Positions 44,704-54,336 of a stretch of 64,000 nt of DNA are shown one piece after another (position 1 is the stretch's first letter; each line of letters begins with the position of its first letter). Under the pieces are notes generated by a model that saw only the letters and a program-made list of their open reading frames with translations, was not told the origin of the DNA and ran no database searches. The stretch lies in contig JBGVDJ010000022.1 in the NCBI GenBank assembly GCA_045119335.1, positions 30,547 through 94,546 of the forward strand, written 5' to 3'. The DNA is from Candidatus Choladousia sp. GTDB lineage: Bacteria; Bacillota; Clostridia; Lachnospirales; Lachnospiraceae. Both the position numbers and the translations under genes were made by a program.

Positions 44704-45540
44704 TTATTTTGTTACGTATACAACACCAAATACATCAGGTCCTACATGTGTACCGATGACAGAACCGATCTGTACGCGTCCGGCTGTACTGTAACCGGCC
44801 TGTGTAAGCTTGGATTCAAAACGGTCACAGTTATCAGTTCCGCATGTATACAGGGTATACATGGGAAAACTGCTGTCAAGTTCCTGCTCCTGCAGATTCT
44901 TCAGCAGTGCGGAAATGGCCTTGTTGCGGCCGAAACATTTGCCCATCACACCTACGGTTCCTTCCGGTGTGACAGTAATGATCGGCTTCAGATTGGCCAT
45001 TTCGCCGATAGCGGCGGCGGCTCTGCTCACACGGCCTCCGCGGCAGAGGTATTCCAGTGTGTCAACGGCGGCAGTAACCTTGACGCGGGACTTCAGCTGC
45101 TCGAGCTGTGCTGCGATATCGGCTGCAGCCATTCCCTGTTCGATCAGCGTGAGCGCATGATCTGCCAGAACACGGATCGGGCAGGTGGCTGTCATTGTAT
45201 CAATTATATAAATTTTGTCGTAATCTGCCATGCTCTTGGCGAGAGCAGCACTCTGACATGTACCGCTGATTCCGGAAGAGAGCAGAAGACAGAGCAATTC
45301 GTCTCCGTTTTCTTTTGCTTTTTCGAAATGGTTGAGAAAGTCCTGCGGAGACGGCTGAGAAGTTTTCGGAAATTCTTTGCCCTGAGTGAGCATCTCATAG
45401 AATGTGTCATTGTCAAGTTCCTCACCCGGGATATAGCTCCTGTCACCAAAAGTGACTCTGAGCGGTACAGTTGCGAAATCCTTTTCACGAATTTCATCCA
45501 TTGTGTAGTCACAGGCGGAATCCAGTAGTATTTTAATCAT
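44704..45540 (-). CDS. DegV-family fatty-acid-binding protein
   Basis: LDSACD, PKTSQPSP, SSGISGT, LEYLCRGGRVS, GTHVGP. Confidence 0.93.
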   Translation of the reverse strand: MIKILLDSACDYTMDEIREKDFATVPLRVTFGDRSYIPGEELDNDTFYEMLTQGKEFPKTSQPSPQDFLNHFEKAKENGDELLCLLLSSGISGTCQSAALAKSMADYDKIYIIDTMTATCPIRVLADHALTLIEQGMAAADIAAQLEQLKSRVKVTAAVDTLEYLCRGGRVSRAAAAIGEMANLKPIITVTPEGTVGVMGKCFGRNKAISALLKNLQEQELDSSFPMYTLYTCGTDNCDRFESKLTQAGYSTAGRVQIGSVIGTHVGPDVFGVVYVTK

Positions 45541-45974
45541 ATCAACACCTCTTCTGCAGTTTTTGCAATTATTGTAAACATCTCAATAAAATCATCCACG
45601 CGGTCGGTACCAATCTTCTCAATGATCGCATCTACCAGTTTCAGCACTTTTTCATGCTGCCTCTGATACAGCGTGGACTCCGTATTGGGAGTAATGTAGA
45701 CCTGACGGCGATCCGCATCGGAACGTTTCCGGATGATGATGCCTTTGTCTTCCATGCTCTGAAGCGTTCGGTTCATCTGGGATTTCAGCATTCTCGACAG
45801 ACGGCACAGGTCAGTGGCAGTCAGCTCTGTGTCAGGATACTCATTCTGATGGTGATACAGGATATTGCAGAGCAATGCTTCATTGTACGGCATATCAGAA
45901 GTCACCCGCTCGTTGCTGACAGTTGTGCAGAGACGAAGGTATGCATCAAGCAGTTCTTCATTCTGTTTTTTCAT
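45537..45974 (-). CDS. MarR-family transcriptional regulator
   Basis: TATDLC..SRMLKSQMNRTLQSMEDKG.I.RKRSDADRRQVYI; 4-nt overlap with degV. Confidence 0.88.
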   Translation of the reverse strand: MKKQNEELLDAYLRLCTTVSNERVTSDMPYNEALLCNILYHHQNEYPDTELTATDLCRLSRMLKSQMNRTLQSMEDKGIIIRKRSDADRRQVYITPNTESTLYQRQHEKVLKLVDAIIEKIGTDRVDDFIEMFTIIAKTAEEVLI

Positions 45975-46151
45975 ATGTGATCCTTTCAGAGAAAATGTTT
46001 ACATATTGAAAAGTTCACATTGTATACTATAAGACAGAAGAAAGTTTGTCAACAGGAAAGTAAAATTCTTACTTGTACTGCCTGAGAGATTGTGATATGA
46101 TTCAAAAAGAAATGAGCAGTAAGGTCACAGAGAACAGATGATCATGCTGCG

Positions 46152-46245
46152 CACTTTAAAACGGGGAGGCTGTGTGGCCTGAGAGTAAACCGAACGGTTT
46201 TGACCCTTTGAACCTGATACAGATAATGCTGGCGCAGGAAAATAG
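46152..46245 (+). ncRNA. TPP (thi-box) riboswitch
   Basis: CGGGGAG...CTGAGA...GACCCTTTGAACCTGATACAGATAATGCTGGCGCAGGAA; downstream terminator-like hairpins (about 46250-46320). Confidence 0.95.
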
Positions 46246-46344
46246 GACAGAGTACATGTGTTTTTGTTGTACGTGTATTTTCGTATATTCAGTTGCCAGT
46301 GCATAAGCCTGGCAATTTTTTTGCATTACAGAGATAAAAAAGGG

Positions 46345-47118
46345 ATGAAAAATTTTATGAAAAAGATATCAAATGCAGCTCCGACTCTTGTAATACTGAG
46401 TCTGCTGGTCTGTTGGGAGCTGATCGTGCAGCTGGCAGGGATTCCTCTCTATGTACTTCCTGCCCCCAGCGATATGCTGAAATCTTTTCTTGCAGAATTT
46501 CCAACGCTGCTCGGTCATGCAGGTGTGACAATGATGGAGGCGCTTGCAGGAATGGCAATTTCATTTGCGATCGGTATTGTGATCGGCATAATGATGGATG
46601 CGGTGCCGACTTTTAAGCGCTGCATTTATCCGATCCTGGTGGTGACACAGACTGTTCCGGTGATCGTGCTGGCGCCGATCTTCATTATTTATATGGGATT
46701 CGGTTATGCGCCGAAGATTCTGACCGTTGTGCTGATGTGTTTCTTTCCCATTGTCATCAGCTTCAGTGACGGACTTGGCGAGATGGATGAAGGATACCTG
46801 AATCTGGTGCGGACATACGGAGGCTCGAAGTGGCAGCTGTACCGGATCGTCAAAATTCCGTCTGCAATGATCTCCCTTCTGTCCGGATTAAAAGTGGCAG
46901 CGACTTACAGTATCAGCGGTGCTGTGGTGGGGGAGTGGATCGCTTCTCAGAGCGGACTCGGTTATTATCTGATCCGCGCGAAGAACGGATATATGCTGGA
47001 TAAGGTATTTGCCTGTGTGCTTATGATCATACTGCTGAGTCTGCTGATGAACGGGCTGGTAAAGATGTTCGGATATGTGGTAATGCCGGGGGTGCGCGGG
47101 AAAAGAAGCAGAGCGTGA
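46345..47118 (+). CDS. ABC permease, ThiX-like (HMP/thiamine precursor uptake)
   Basis: QTVPVIVLAP, EAA-like loop, GAVVGEW..SQSGLGY; under TPP riboswitch. Confidence 0.88.
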   Translation: MKNFMKKISNAAPTLVILSLLVCWELIVQLAGIPLYVLPAPSDMLKSFLAEFPTLLGHAGVTMMEALAGMAISFAIGIVIGIMMDAVPTFKRCIYPILVVTQTVPVIVLAPIFIIYMGFGYAPKILTVVLMCFFPIVISFSDGLGEMDEGYLNLVRTYGGSKWQLYRIVKIPSAMISLLSGLKVAATYSISGAVVGEWIASQSGLGYYLIRAKNGYMLDKVFACVLMIILLSLLMNGLVKMFGYVVMPGVRGKRSRA

Positions 47119-47207
47119 TCTGCAGTCAGGAACGTTTCCAAACGGCGTACAATAGCAGAAGATGTATTTAGCCGATCGGATAATAAAGAAGAAAAGAGGA
47201 AGATATC

Positions 47208-48203
47208 ATGAAAAAAGGATGGAAAAAAGGTGCGGCTTTCCTGAGCGCAGCAGCAATGCTCATTGGAACGGCAGTGACAGGATGTGCTGAGGAAACAGAG
47301 CTGAAAAAAGTAACGGTAATTCTTGACTATGTGCCGAATACGAACCATACCGGCATGTATGTTGCACTTGATAAGGGTTATTATGAGGAAGAAGGACTGG
47401 AGGTTGAGATCATTGAACCGACAGACGGAGCGACTGCGACACTGGTCGCACAGCAGAAAGGCACCTTCGGTATCAGTTATCAGGAGGATGTAACGATCGC
47501 ACTGACCTCGGAGGATCCGCTTCCGATCAAAGCGGTCGCAGCGCTGATCCAGCATAATACCTCCGGTTTCGTCAGTCTGGCGGACAGCGGAATTGAGTCT
47601 CCGGCTGATTTTGAAGGCAGGACGTATGCAGGTTGGGGAGGTCCGGGAGAGTCAGCTGTGTTGGAAGCATGTATGACACAGGCAGGTTCAGATTTCTCCA
47701 AGTTGAATATGGTTATTTCAGACGGAACCGGATTTGAGGCACTTGGCAAGAGCTGCGACGTGATGTGGTTCTTCGAGGGTTGGGACAATGTGATTGCTGA
47801 GATGAACGGCTGTGAACTCAACTATATGGAATGCAAAGAACTGGATGAGCGTCTTGATTATTACACACCGGTTCTCATTGCGGGCAATGCTGTTCTGGAG
47901 GAAGACCCGGAGATGGTATCCGCATTCCTGCGTGCGACAGAAAAAGGTTACAGAGATGCGATAGCGGACTCTGATGAAGCGGCAGAGATCCTGTACTCCC
48001 ATGCACCGGACTATGATCTGGAGATGCTGAAGATCTCACAGGCATATCTGGCAGATAAATATATGGAAGATACGGATGTCTGGGGCATAATGAAGGAGGA
48101 AGTCTGGGACAACTATGCTGCCTTTCTGAAGGAGTACGGTGTGATTGACGAAATGCCGGCGGCAGCCGACTGCTATACGAATGAGTTCCTGACGCAGCAG
48201 TAA
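47208..48203 (+). CDS. ABC substrate-binding lipoprotein, ThiY/NMT1-like
   Basis: VTGC lipobox, LDYVPNTNHTGMYVALDKGYY, DYYTPVL. Confidence 0.9.
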   Translation: MKKGWKKGAAFLSAAAMLIGTAVTGCAEETELKKVTVILDYVPNTNHTGMYVALDKGYYEEEGLEVEIIEPTDGATATLVAQQKGTFGISYQEDVTIALTSEDPLPIKAVAALIQHNTSGFVSLADSGIESPADFEGRTYAGWGGPGESAVLEACMTQAGSDFSKLNMVISDGTGFEALGKSCDVMWFFEGWDNVIAEMNGCELNYMECKELDERLDYYTPVLIAGNAVLEEDPEMVSAFLRATEKGYRDAIADSDEAAEILYSHAPDYDLEMLKISQAYLADKYMEDTDVWGIMKEEVWDNYAAFLKEYGVIDEMPAAADCYTNEFLTQQ

Positions 48204-48269
48204 ATGAGAGGTGGAGCGGGTTCCGGCTGTGGGTACGAAGGAGGCTGTTTCAGACAGGGAGAGGATATT

Positions 48270-48998
48270 ATGAATCTGTGTGTTGAAAATCTGAGTTTTT
48301 CCTATCCGGATAAAACCGTTCTCCGGGATATTTCTTTTGAGGTAAAGGACGGGGAATTTATCAGCATCCTGGGACCGTCCGGCTGCGGAAAGTCCACGCT
48401 GCTGAATGTTCTGGCCGGAATACGGAAGCCGGAGAACGGAAGGATTCTGATTGACGGTCAGGTCACAGAAGGTATGAACAGCCAGTTTGCCTATATGCCG
48501 CAGAATGATCTGCTGCTCCCGTGGAAGACGATTCTTGATAACGTGTGCCTGTACGGTGAGATTCATCACTGCAAAGAAGAAATGAAGAAAAAGGCACGTG
48601 TACAGATGGTACAGTTCGGTCTGGAGGGCTGCGAGCATAAATATCCGGCCGAGCTTTCCGGAGGAATGCGCCAGCGCGCGGCATTTTTGCGGACGACATT
48701 GTGTGAGGCAGGAATATATCTGCTGGATGAGCCGTTCGGTGCACTGGATGTTATTACGAGAGGCGACATGCAGGACTGGCTCCGTGCGCTCTGCAGCAGT
48801 CTGAAGAGAACTATTCTGCTGGTGACACACGATACGGATGAGGCAATTTATCTGTCAGACCGGATACTGATCCTCGGAGAGCCGGGGGAAGGAATCCGGG
48901 AGGAGATTGCGATAACACAGCGTGAACGTACGCGGGAATGGCTGTATGAGCAGGGTGCGCTGCGTGCGCAGGTCCACAGGATCATTAAAAAGAAATAA
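48270..48998 (+). CDS. ABC ATP-binding subunit, ThiZ-like
   Basis: GPSGCGKST, LSGGMRQR, LLDEPFGALD, VTHD. Confidence 0.92.
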   Translation: MNLCVENLSFSYPDKTVLRDISFEVKDGEFISILGPSGCGKSTLLNVLAGIRKPENGRILIDGQVTEGMNSQFAYMPQNDLLLPWKTILDNVCLYGEIHHCKEEMKKKARVQMVQFGLEGCEHKYPAELSGGMRQRAAFLRTTLCEAGIYLLDEPFGALDVITRGDMQDWLRALCSSLKRTILLVTHDTDEAIYLSDRILILGEPGEGIREEIAITQRERTREWLYEQGALRAQVHRIIKKK

Positions 48999-49062
48999 GG
49001 CTTCCGAAGGGCAATCGCCCGTACAGGGAAGCAGCGCTGCAGGATACGAGAGGGAAGATACA

Positions 49063-49926
49063 ATGCAAACCCGAATGCTTGATATGCATGCCCATTTGGC
49101 ATGTCTGAGTGAAGAATATGTCAAAAATCTGACGCAGAAGCAGAGATACGGATTCGGAATACAGGAACTGAAATTACGGAGGTCGCAGAATATTGCGACC
49201 TTTTTCAGCTGCGGAACACCGGAAGAGTGGAAAGCTGCAATGAATCTGATGGAGGAAACAGGAAGAGACGGCTTTTACATGAGCTTTGGAATTCATCCAT
49301 GGTACAGTGACCGGTACTGTCCTGAGGATTGTATCGAACTGCTGAGAGATTGTGATGCCGTTGGAGAAATCGGTATGGATTCCGTCTGGTGTGATATACC
49401 GCTGCCGGTACAGCGCCGTGTGCTGGAGCGCCAGCTTCAGATTGCTGCTGATCTGCGCAGACCGGTAATCCTGCATACAAAAGGGCAGGAGCAGGAGGTC
49501 GCGGATATTATCCGGGATTTCCCGGGAAAGGTCTGTGTACACTGGTATTCCGGGGATGTGAAGACGTTGGAACGATTCATTCAGATGGACTGCTATTTTA
49601 CGTTGGGCCCGGATCTGGAGAAGGTATTTCCGGGCAGAGCATCTGCGAGAAAGACGGGCTGTGAGTGTGCAGAAGAAAAGGACAGGGCATCTGGGGAGTT
49701 GTACCGGTATATGCTGAACAGAATTCCGGCAGATCGTCTTTTCCTTGAGACAGACGGGATTTTGGCAGTTGCGTGGGCGAGAGGAGCAGCTGCCCTTCCA
49801 TTGGAGGAGATTTCGGTGGTTCTGAATGAGAATCTTGTTCATCTGGCTCATTATAGGAAAGTGAAGGCAGATGAGATGCAGGCGGAAATCTGGAGGAATC
49901 TTCAGAAATTTCTCGGAAATACATGA
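49063..49926 (+). CDS. TatD-family (amidohydrolase-fold) metallohydrolase
   Basis: LDMHAH, GIHPW, GEIGMD, ILHTK, VHWYSG, LETDG. Confidence 0.85.
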   Translation: MQTRMLDMHAHLACLSEEYVKNLTQKQRYGFGIQELKLRRSQNIATFFSCGTPEEWKAAMNLMEETGRDGFYMSFGIHPWYSDRYCPEDCIELLRDCDAVGEIGMDSVWCDIPLPVQRRVLERQLQIAADLRRPVILHTKGQEQEVADIIRDFPGKVCVHWYSGDVKTLERFIQMDCYFTLGPDLEKVFPGRASARKTGCECAEEKDRASGELYRYMLNRIPADRLFLETDGILAVAWARGAAALPLEEISVVLNENLVHLAHYRKVKADEMQAEIWRNLQKFLGNT

Positions 49927-50102
49927 AAGAATACAGAAAGCAGGCAGATAAAGCAGATATCCGGAACAGGAGTAGAAAATGAGCGTCCGGAATTAGATAT
50001 GAAGCAGATAACACAGATAGGATATGCAGCAGGTATCCGGAACAAAGGATATCAGATAAGTCTAAAATGAGAATATAAAAATACAGAAAGGAAGGCCCTC
50101 CG

Positions 50103-51959
50103 TCAGGAAGGCCTTCTTCTGCTTTCAAAATAAACAAACCGGTCGATGGCATCCAGAATATCGCTGAATTCTTCCCGGGGGGCCAGTTCCACATACTGAT
50201 TCAGCAGTTCCCGCTCTCTTTTGCGGAAACGGCCGTAGAACAGGTCGAATATATCGTGTCCGCGCATGTAGATTCTGATCTCCTCCATATGCTGCCGCAC
50301 ATCTTCGACAGTCTGGAAATCTTTTCCGAGCACCTGGCGCAGATGCTGTCCACTGCGGGTCCGGTGGAAATAACGTTTCCATTCGTGCAGGAACATATGA
50401 TAGAAATCCTCCTCTGTCTGCAGCACTCCGATCTTCACCATGATCGCCGGATTCAGAAAATAATTCTCAAAGGAATAATAGCGCAGGATCAGTACATTCT
50501 CCGGCTGCACCCGTGGAAGCGCACCGACATCTTCACGGCTGCGTGCATCGTAGTAGCGGCAAAGGTCGTTCTGCAGTTCCTGCCGGTCCCTGCCGTCGCT
50601 GTCACGGATCATCAGGAACTGATCCTTCAGATAAATCTGATTCATGTATTTCAGGTTCGCATATGTTTTGATATTGGTACAGCTGTTCGTATTAATGATG
50701 GCAATACGGAACAGACTGCCGTCCTCCTCGCAGACCTCTGAATAATATTTTCGAAGCAGCATCGGCAGGCGGCTCTTGTCCTGTTTGCCCTCCACGATAA
50801 AGACAAAGTTCACATTCATCAGGTCGCCGGCGGTATATCCCAGGTCGTTCAGAATCCGACTGATGTCCGTGTGCGGACGTACCCTGGAACAGCCCTGTTC
50901 GTCGAGTACCATCTGACGAATCTGTTTTGTGCTGAAGTTGGACAGCAGATTCGGGGAGTGCGTTGTGAAGATGACCTGATTCTTCCTGGAGAGCCGATAC
51001 AGGATCTCTCCGGCCACCTTCTGCATCTCCGGATGCAGGAAAATTTCCGGTTCTTCCACAACGATAATGCCCTGATTCTGACCTTCACCCTGCGCATAGG
51101 TTTCCAGCAGGGACAGCATATAGACGCTGCGCATGCCCTTTCCCATACGGTTCAGTGGCTGCGGATTACTGTGATTCGGACCGGTCATTTCTGCCGTGAC
51201 GGACAGCATTCGTTCCATATCACGGTTCATGGAGTAGTGAATGGTTTCCTGCCCGCCGTTCTGCCGGAAATTCTCATTCAGTTCCCGGGAAAAATCATCG
51301 AGGTTCAGCTGATACAGTTTATAATCCAGCAGTCTTGCTGCTTCGAATGCATTCAGTTCCACAGCAGCCTTTTTTCCGATTGTTTCAATACAGGCAAAAC
51401 AGTGGCTGCATTTTCTGGCACGGTCCAGAAGACAGCAGTCGGAACGCATCTGTTTTATCAGATCATTTTCCATCCACAGCAGCAGATCACGCTGAAACTG
51501 ACCGAGATTGCGCTGCGTATCAATGCAGTATACCTGCGGAAAAAGGTCGCGGATCAGCGGATTGTGCTTTTTCTGACTGTCAGCATAGCGGATACCGCCG
51601 TTCGGCTCGACAATAAATGTAAAAGTCAGTACGCCATCCTGAAACGACGGAAGCTTTTTCTGAAAATCCTGAAGCCAGACCTGATATGTTCTGAGTCTGC
51701 TGACGATACCATGCTGGTGAAAGAACTGCAGATCATCGTCTGATAATGCAAGCTCCACCTCGGCTGTGACCGGATGAGTATTGTCACGGAAATCATCGCA
51801 GCTGATGAGGTAAGTACCGGCGATCGCGCGGATGATTTCCAGTACGGCGGTTTTTCCGGTGCTGTTCTTGCCGACCAGGATCAGCGCATTTTCCAGATCC
51901 TCCAGGCACAGGTCACGGATGGATTTGTAGTTTCTGATAAGGAGTTTTCTGATGTTCAT
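50103..51959 (-). CDS. OLD-family ATP-dependent nuclease (ABC ATPase + TOPRIM)
   Basis: IRNYKSI, GKNSTGKT, GKGMRS, VEEPEIFLHP, TTHSP; TOPRIM VEGKQD, RDSD, SFENY; start MNIRK at 51959 after GGAGG. Confidence 0.87.
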   Translation of the reverse strand: MNIRKLLIRNYKSIRDLCLEDLENALILVGKNSTGKTAVLEIIRAIAGTYLISCDDFRDNTHPVTAEVELALSDDDLQFFHQHGIVSRLRTYQVWLQDFQKKLPSFQDGVLTFTFIVEPNGGIRYADSQKKHNPLIRDLFPQVYCIDTQRNLGQFQRDLLLWMENDLIKQMRSDCCLLDRARKCSHCFACIETIGKKAAVELNAFEAARLLDYKLYQLNLDDFSRELNENFRQNGGQETIHYSMNRDMERMLSVTAEMTGPNHSNPQPLNRMGKGMRSVYMLSLLETYAQGEGQNQGIIVVEEPEIFLHPEMQKVAGEILYRLSRKNQVIFTTHSPNLLSNFSTKQIRQMVLDEQGCSRVRPHTDISRILNDLGYTAGDLMNVNFVFIVEGKQDKSRLPMLLRKYYSEVCEEDGSLFRIAIINTNSCTNIKTYANLKYMNQIYLKDQFLMIRDSDGRDRQELQNDLCRYYDARSREDVGALPRVQPENVLILRYYSFENYFLNPAIMVKIGVLQTEEDFYHMFLHEWKRYFHRTRSGQHLRQVLGKDFQTVEDVRQHMEEIRIYMRGHDIFDLFYGRFRKRERELLNQYVELAPREEFSDILDAIDRFVYFESRRRPS

Positions 51960-52121
51960 ATCCGGCCTCCGTAATATACGATATTTTATATTATATTGAA
52001 ATTGCCTTATATCGTCAAAAGAATTCTGTGGTTGACTTACCGGTTTCCGGTGGCTAAAATAGGACTGCATCACATCATTAAATAATGAAAAAACAGATTT
52101 CATGCAGAAGGAGTATAGCAT

Positions 52122-52358
52122 ATGATAAATCCAATGAAGCTGATGAAACTTAAGGGAATGGGAGAACGCTTCAAAGCAAATCATCCCAAAATTCCGGGAT
52201 TCTTTGACGCAGCGGTCAGAAGCATCCGGGAAGGCAGCGTTATCGAAATGACTGTGACCGATCCGGAAGGCAGGGTGCTGCGTACGAATATGCGCGTTAC
52301 CGCAGATGATATCGCAATGCTGAATGAAGCAAAGGAAGCATTTGAACAGATGCAGTGA
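52122..52358 (+). CDS. Small hypothetical protein (78 aa)
   Basis: MINPMKLMKLKG..RFKANHPK..F...EGSVIEMTVTDPEG; AAGGAG RBS; own terminator at about 52370-52410. Confidence 0.8.
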   Translation: MINPMKLMKLKGMGERFKANHPKIPGFFDAAVRSIREGSVIEMTVTDPEGRVLRTNMRVTADDIAMLNEAKEAFEQMQ

Positions 52359-52431
52359 CAGGACGCAGCGGCGGCAGGCATCTCCGTTTCTGGAGAATGC
52401 CTGCCGCCTTTCGCAGTTCTGCCGCTGAATT

Positions 52432-54336
52432 TTACGCTGTAATGGAATTTCCTGTATACAGCTGATAATATCTGCCCTTTTTTTCAATAAGCTGGTCATG
52501 TGTACCGCGTTCGATAATGCGTCCCTGCTCCAGGACCATGATACAGTCAGAATTGCGTACGGTCGAGAGCCGGTGTGCAATGACGAAAGTTGTACGTCCG
52601 CTCATCAGACGATCCATTCCCTCCTGTACGATCCGTTCCGTACGGGTGTCGATGGAACTGGTCGCTTCATCCAGAATCAGTACCGGAGGATCTGCAATCG
52701 CAGCGCGCGCAATAGCGAGCAGCTGCCGCTGTCCCTGACTGAGGTTGGCACCGTCACCGGTCAGCATGGTATCGTAACCCTCCGGCAGACGTCGGATAAA
52801 TCCGTCTGCATTCGCAAGCTTTGCAGCTGCGATGACCTCCTCATCCGTTGCATTCAGATTTCCAAAACGGATATTCTCCTTTACGGTTCCGGTGAACAGG
52901 TGAGTATCCTGCAGAACAATGCCGAGAGAGCGGCGCAGATCCGCTTTTCTGATCTTATTGATATTAATACCGTCGTAACGGATCTTTCCGTCCTGAATAT
53001 CGTAGAAACGGTTGATCAGGTTCGTGATTGTCGTCTTGCCGGCACCGGTGGAACCGACAAATGCGATCTTCTGCCCCGGCTCCGCATACAGCTTCACATC
53101 ATGAAGCACAATCTTGTCATCATTATAGCCGAAGTCCACACCGTCGAAAACCACATCACCTTTCAGCTCCACATAGTCCACGGAACCGTCAGCCTGATGT
53201 GTATGCTTCCATGCCCAGCGCCCGGTACGTTCCGCAGTCTCGGTCAGAACACCGTTTTCCTCTTTTGCATTTACAAGGGTTACATAGCCGTTATCCACTT
53301 CCGGTGTTTCGTCCATGAGACGGAAGATACGTTCGGCACCGGCCATTGCCATGATGATGGAGTTGAACTGCTGGCTGATCTGGTTGATTGGCTGATTGAA
53401 GCTCTTGTTGAACGTCAGGAAGCTGGCCAGTCCGCCCAGCGTGAAGCCGCCGAACCCGTTCAGTGCCAGAACACCGCCTGCAATTGCGCAGACAACATAG
53501 CTGACATTGCCGAGCTGTGAGTTGATCGGGCCGAGGAAATTGGCGAATGTGTTGGCGCGGTCGGCACTGACAAAAAGTACGTCGTTGAGCGTATCGAAAT
53601 CACGTATATTTTCTTCCTCATGGCAGAAGACTTTTACGACCTTCTGGCCTTTGATCATCTCCTCAATGTAACCGTTGACAGCACCCAGATTTTTCTGCTG
53701 CTCCATAAAGTATCTGCCGCTGCGTTTGGTAGCCTGCTTGGTGCAGAAGATCACGAGACCGACCATCACAAGCGTCACCAGTGTCAGCGGAACGCTGAGA
53801 ATCACCATACTGATAAAGACGCTGACAATGGTGAATGCACTGTTGATGACCTGCGGAATACTCTGACTGATCATCTGGCGAAGTGTGTCAATATCGTTGG
53901 TGTAGACGGACATGATATCGCCGTGAGAGTGTGTATCAAAATATTTGATCGGCAGCGTCTCCATGTGAGAGAACAGGTCATCGCGCAGATTGCGCAGCAC
54001 ACCCTGTGTCACATTTACCATGATGCGGTTCCAGGTATAGGTGGAAATGACACCGAGTGCATAGAAACACGCTACCCTTCCGATAGCTTGTGCCAGCGGA
54101 GAGAAATCCGGCTGGTCACTCAGCAGGAACGGTGTGATATAGTTATCGATCAGATTTTTGGTAAACATCGTTCCCTGAACGTTGGCAATGACACCGGCAA
54201 AGATCAGGAAAAATACAGCGATGCAGTGAATTTTATAGTCGCGGAAAATGTAACGCATCAGACGCGCCAGAAGCTTTCCGGGATTCTTGACCTGCGGTTT
54301 TACGCCGCGCGGAGGGCGGTTCATCGGTCCTGCCAT
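52432..54336 (-). CDS. Heterodimeric ABC exporter, subunit B (consensus Walker B)
   Basis: TMD + GSTGAGKT, LSQGQRQ, LDEATS, IAHRL. Confidence 0.93.
   Translation of the reverse strand: MAGPMNRPPRGVKPQVKNPGKLLARLMRYIFRDYKIHCIAVFFLIFAGVIANVQGTMFTKNLIDNYITPFLLSDQPDFSPLAQAIGRVACFYALGVISTYTWNRIMVNVTQGVLRNLRDDLFSHMETLPIKYFDTHSHGDIMSVYTNDIDTLRQMISQSIPQVINSAFTIVSVFISMVILSVPLTLVTLVMVGLVIFCTKQATKRSGRYFMEQQKNLGAVNGYIEEMIKGQKVVKVFCHEEENIRDFDTLNDVLFVSADRANTFANFLGPINSQLGNVSYVVCAIAGGVLALNGFGGFTLGGLASFLTFNKSFNQPINQISQQFNSIIMAMAGAERIFRLMDETPEVDNGYVTLVNAKEENGVLTETAERTGRWAWKHTHQADGSVDYVELKGDVVFDGVDFGYNDDKIVLHDVKLYAEPGQKIAFVGSTGAGKTTITNLINRFYDIQDGKIRYDGININKIRKADLRRSLGIVLQDTHLFTGTVKENIRFGNLNATDEEVIAAAKLANADGFIRRLPEGYDTMLTGDGANLSQGQRQLLAIARAAIADPPVLILDEATSSIDTRTERIVQEGMDRLMSGRTTFVIAHRLSTVRNSDCIMVLEQGRIIERGTHDQLIEKKGRYYQLYTGNSITA

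Noticed and set aside
50103-51959. Gabija, retron or PARIS system
   Set aside because: No UvrD helicase, reverse transcriptase/ncRNA or separate partner gene adjacent.
50103-52580. 825-aa version of the OLD nuclease
   Set aside because: The extension overlaps the opposite-strand gene 52122-52358 and the ABC gene end; a good RBS supports the start at 51959.
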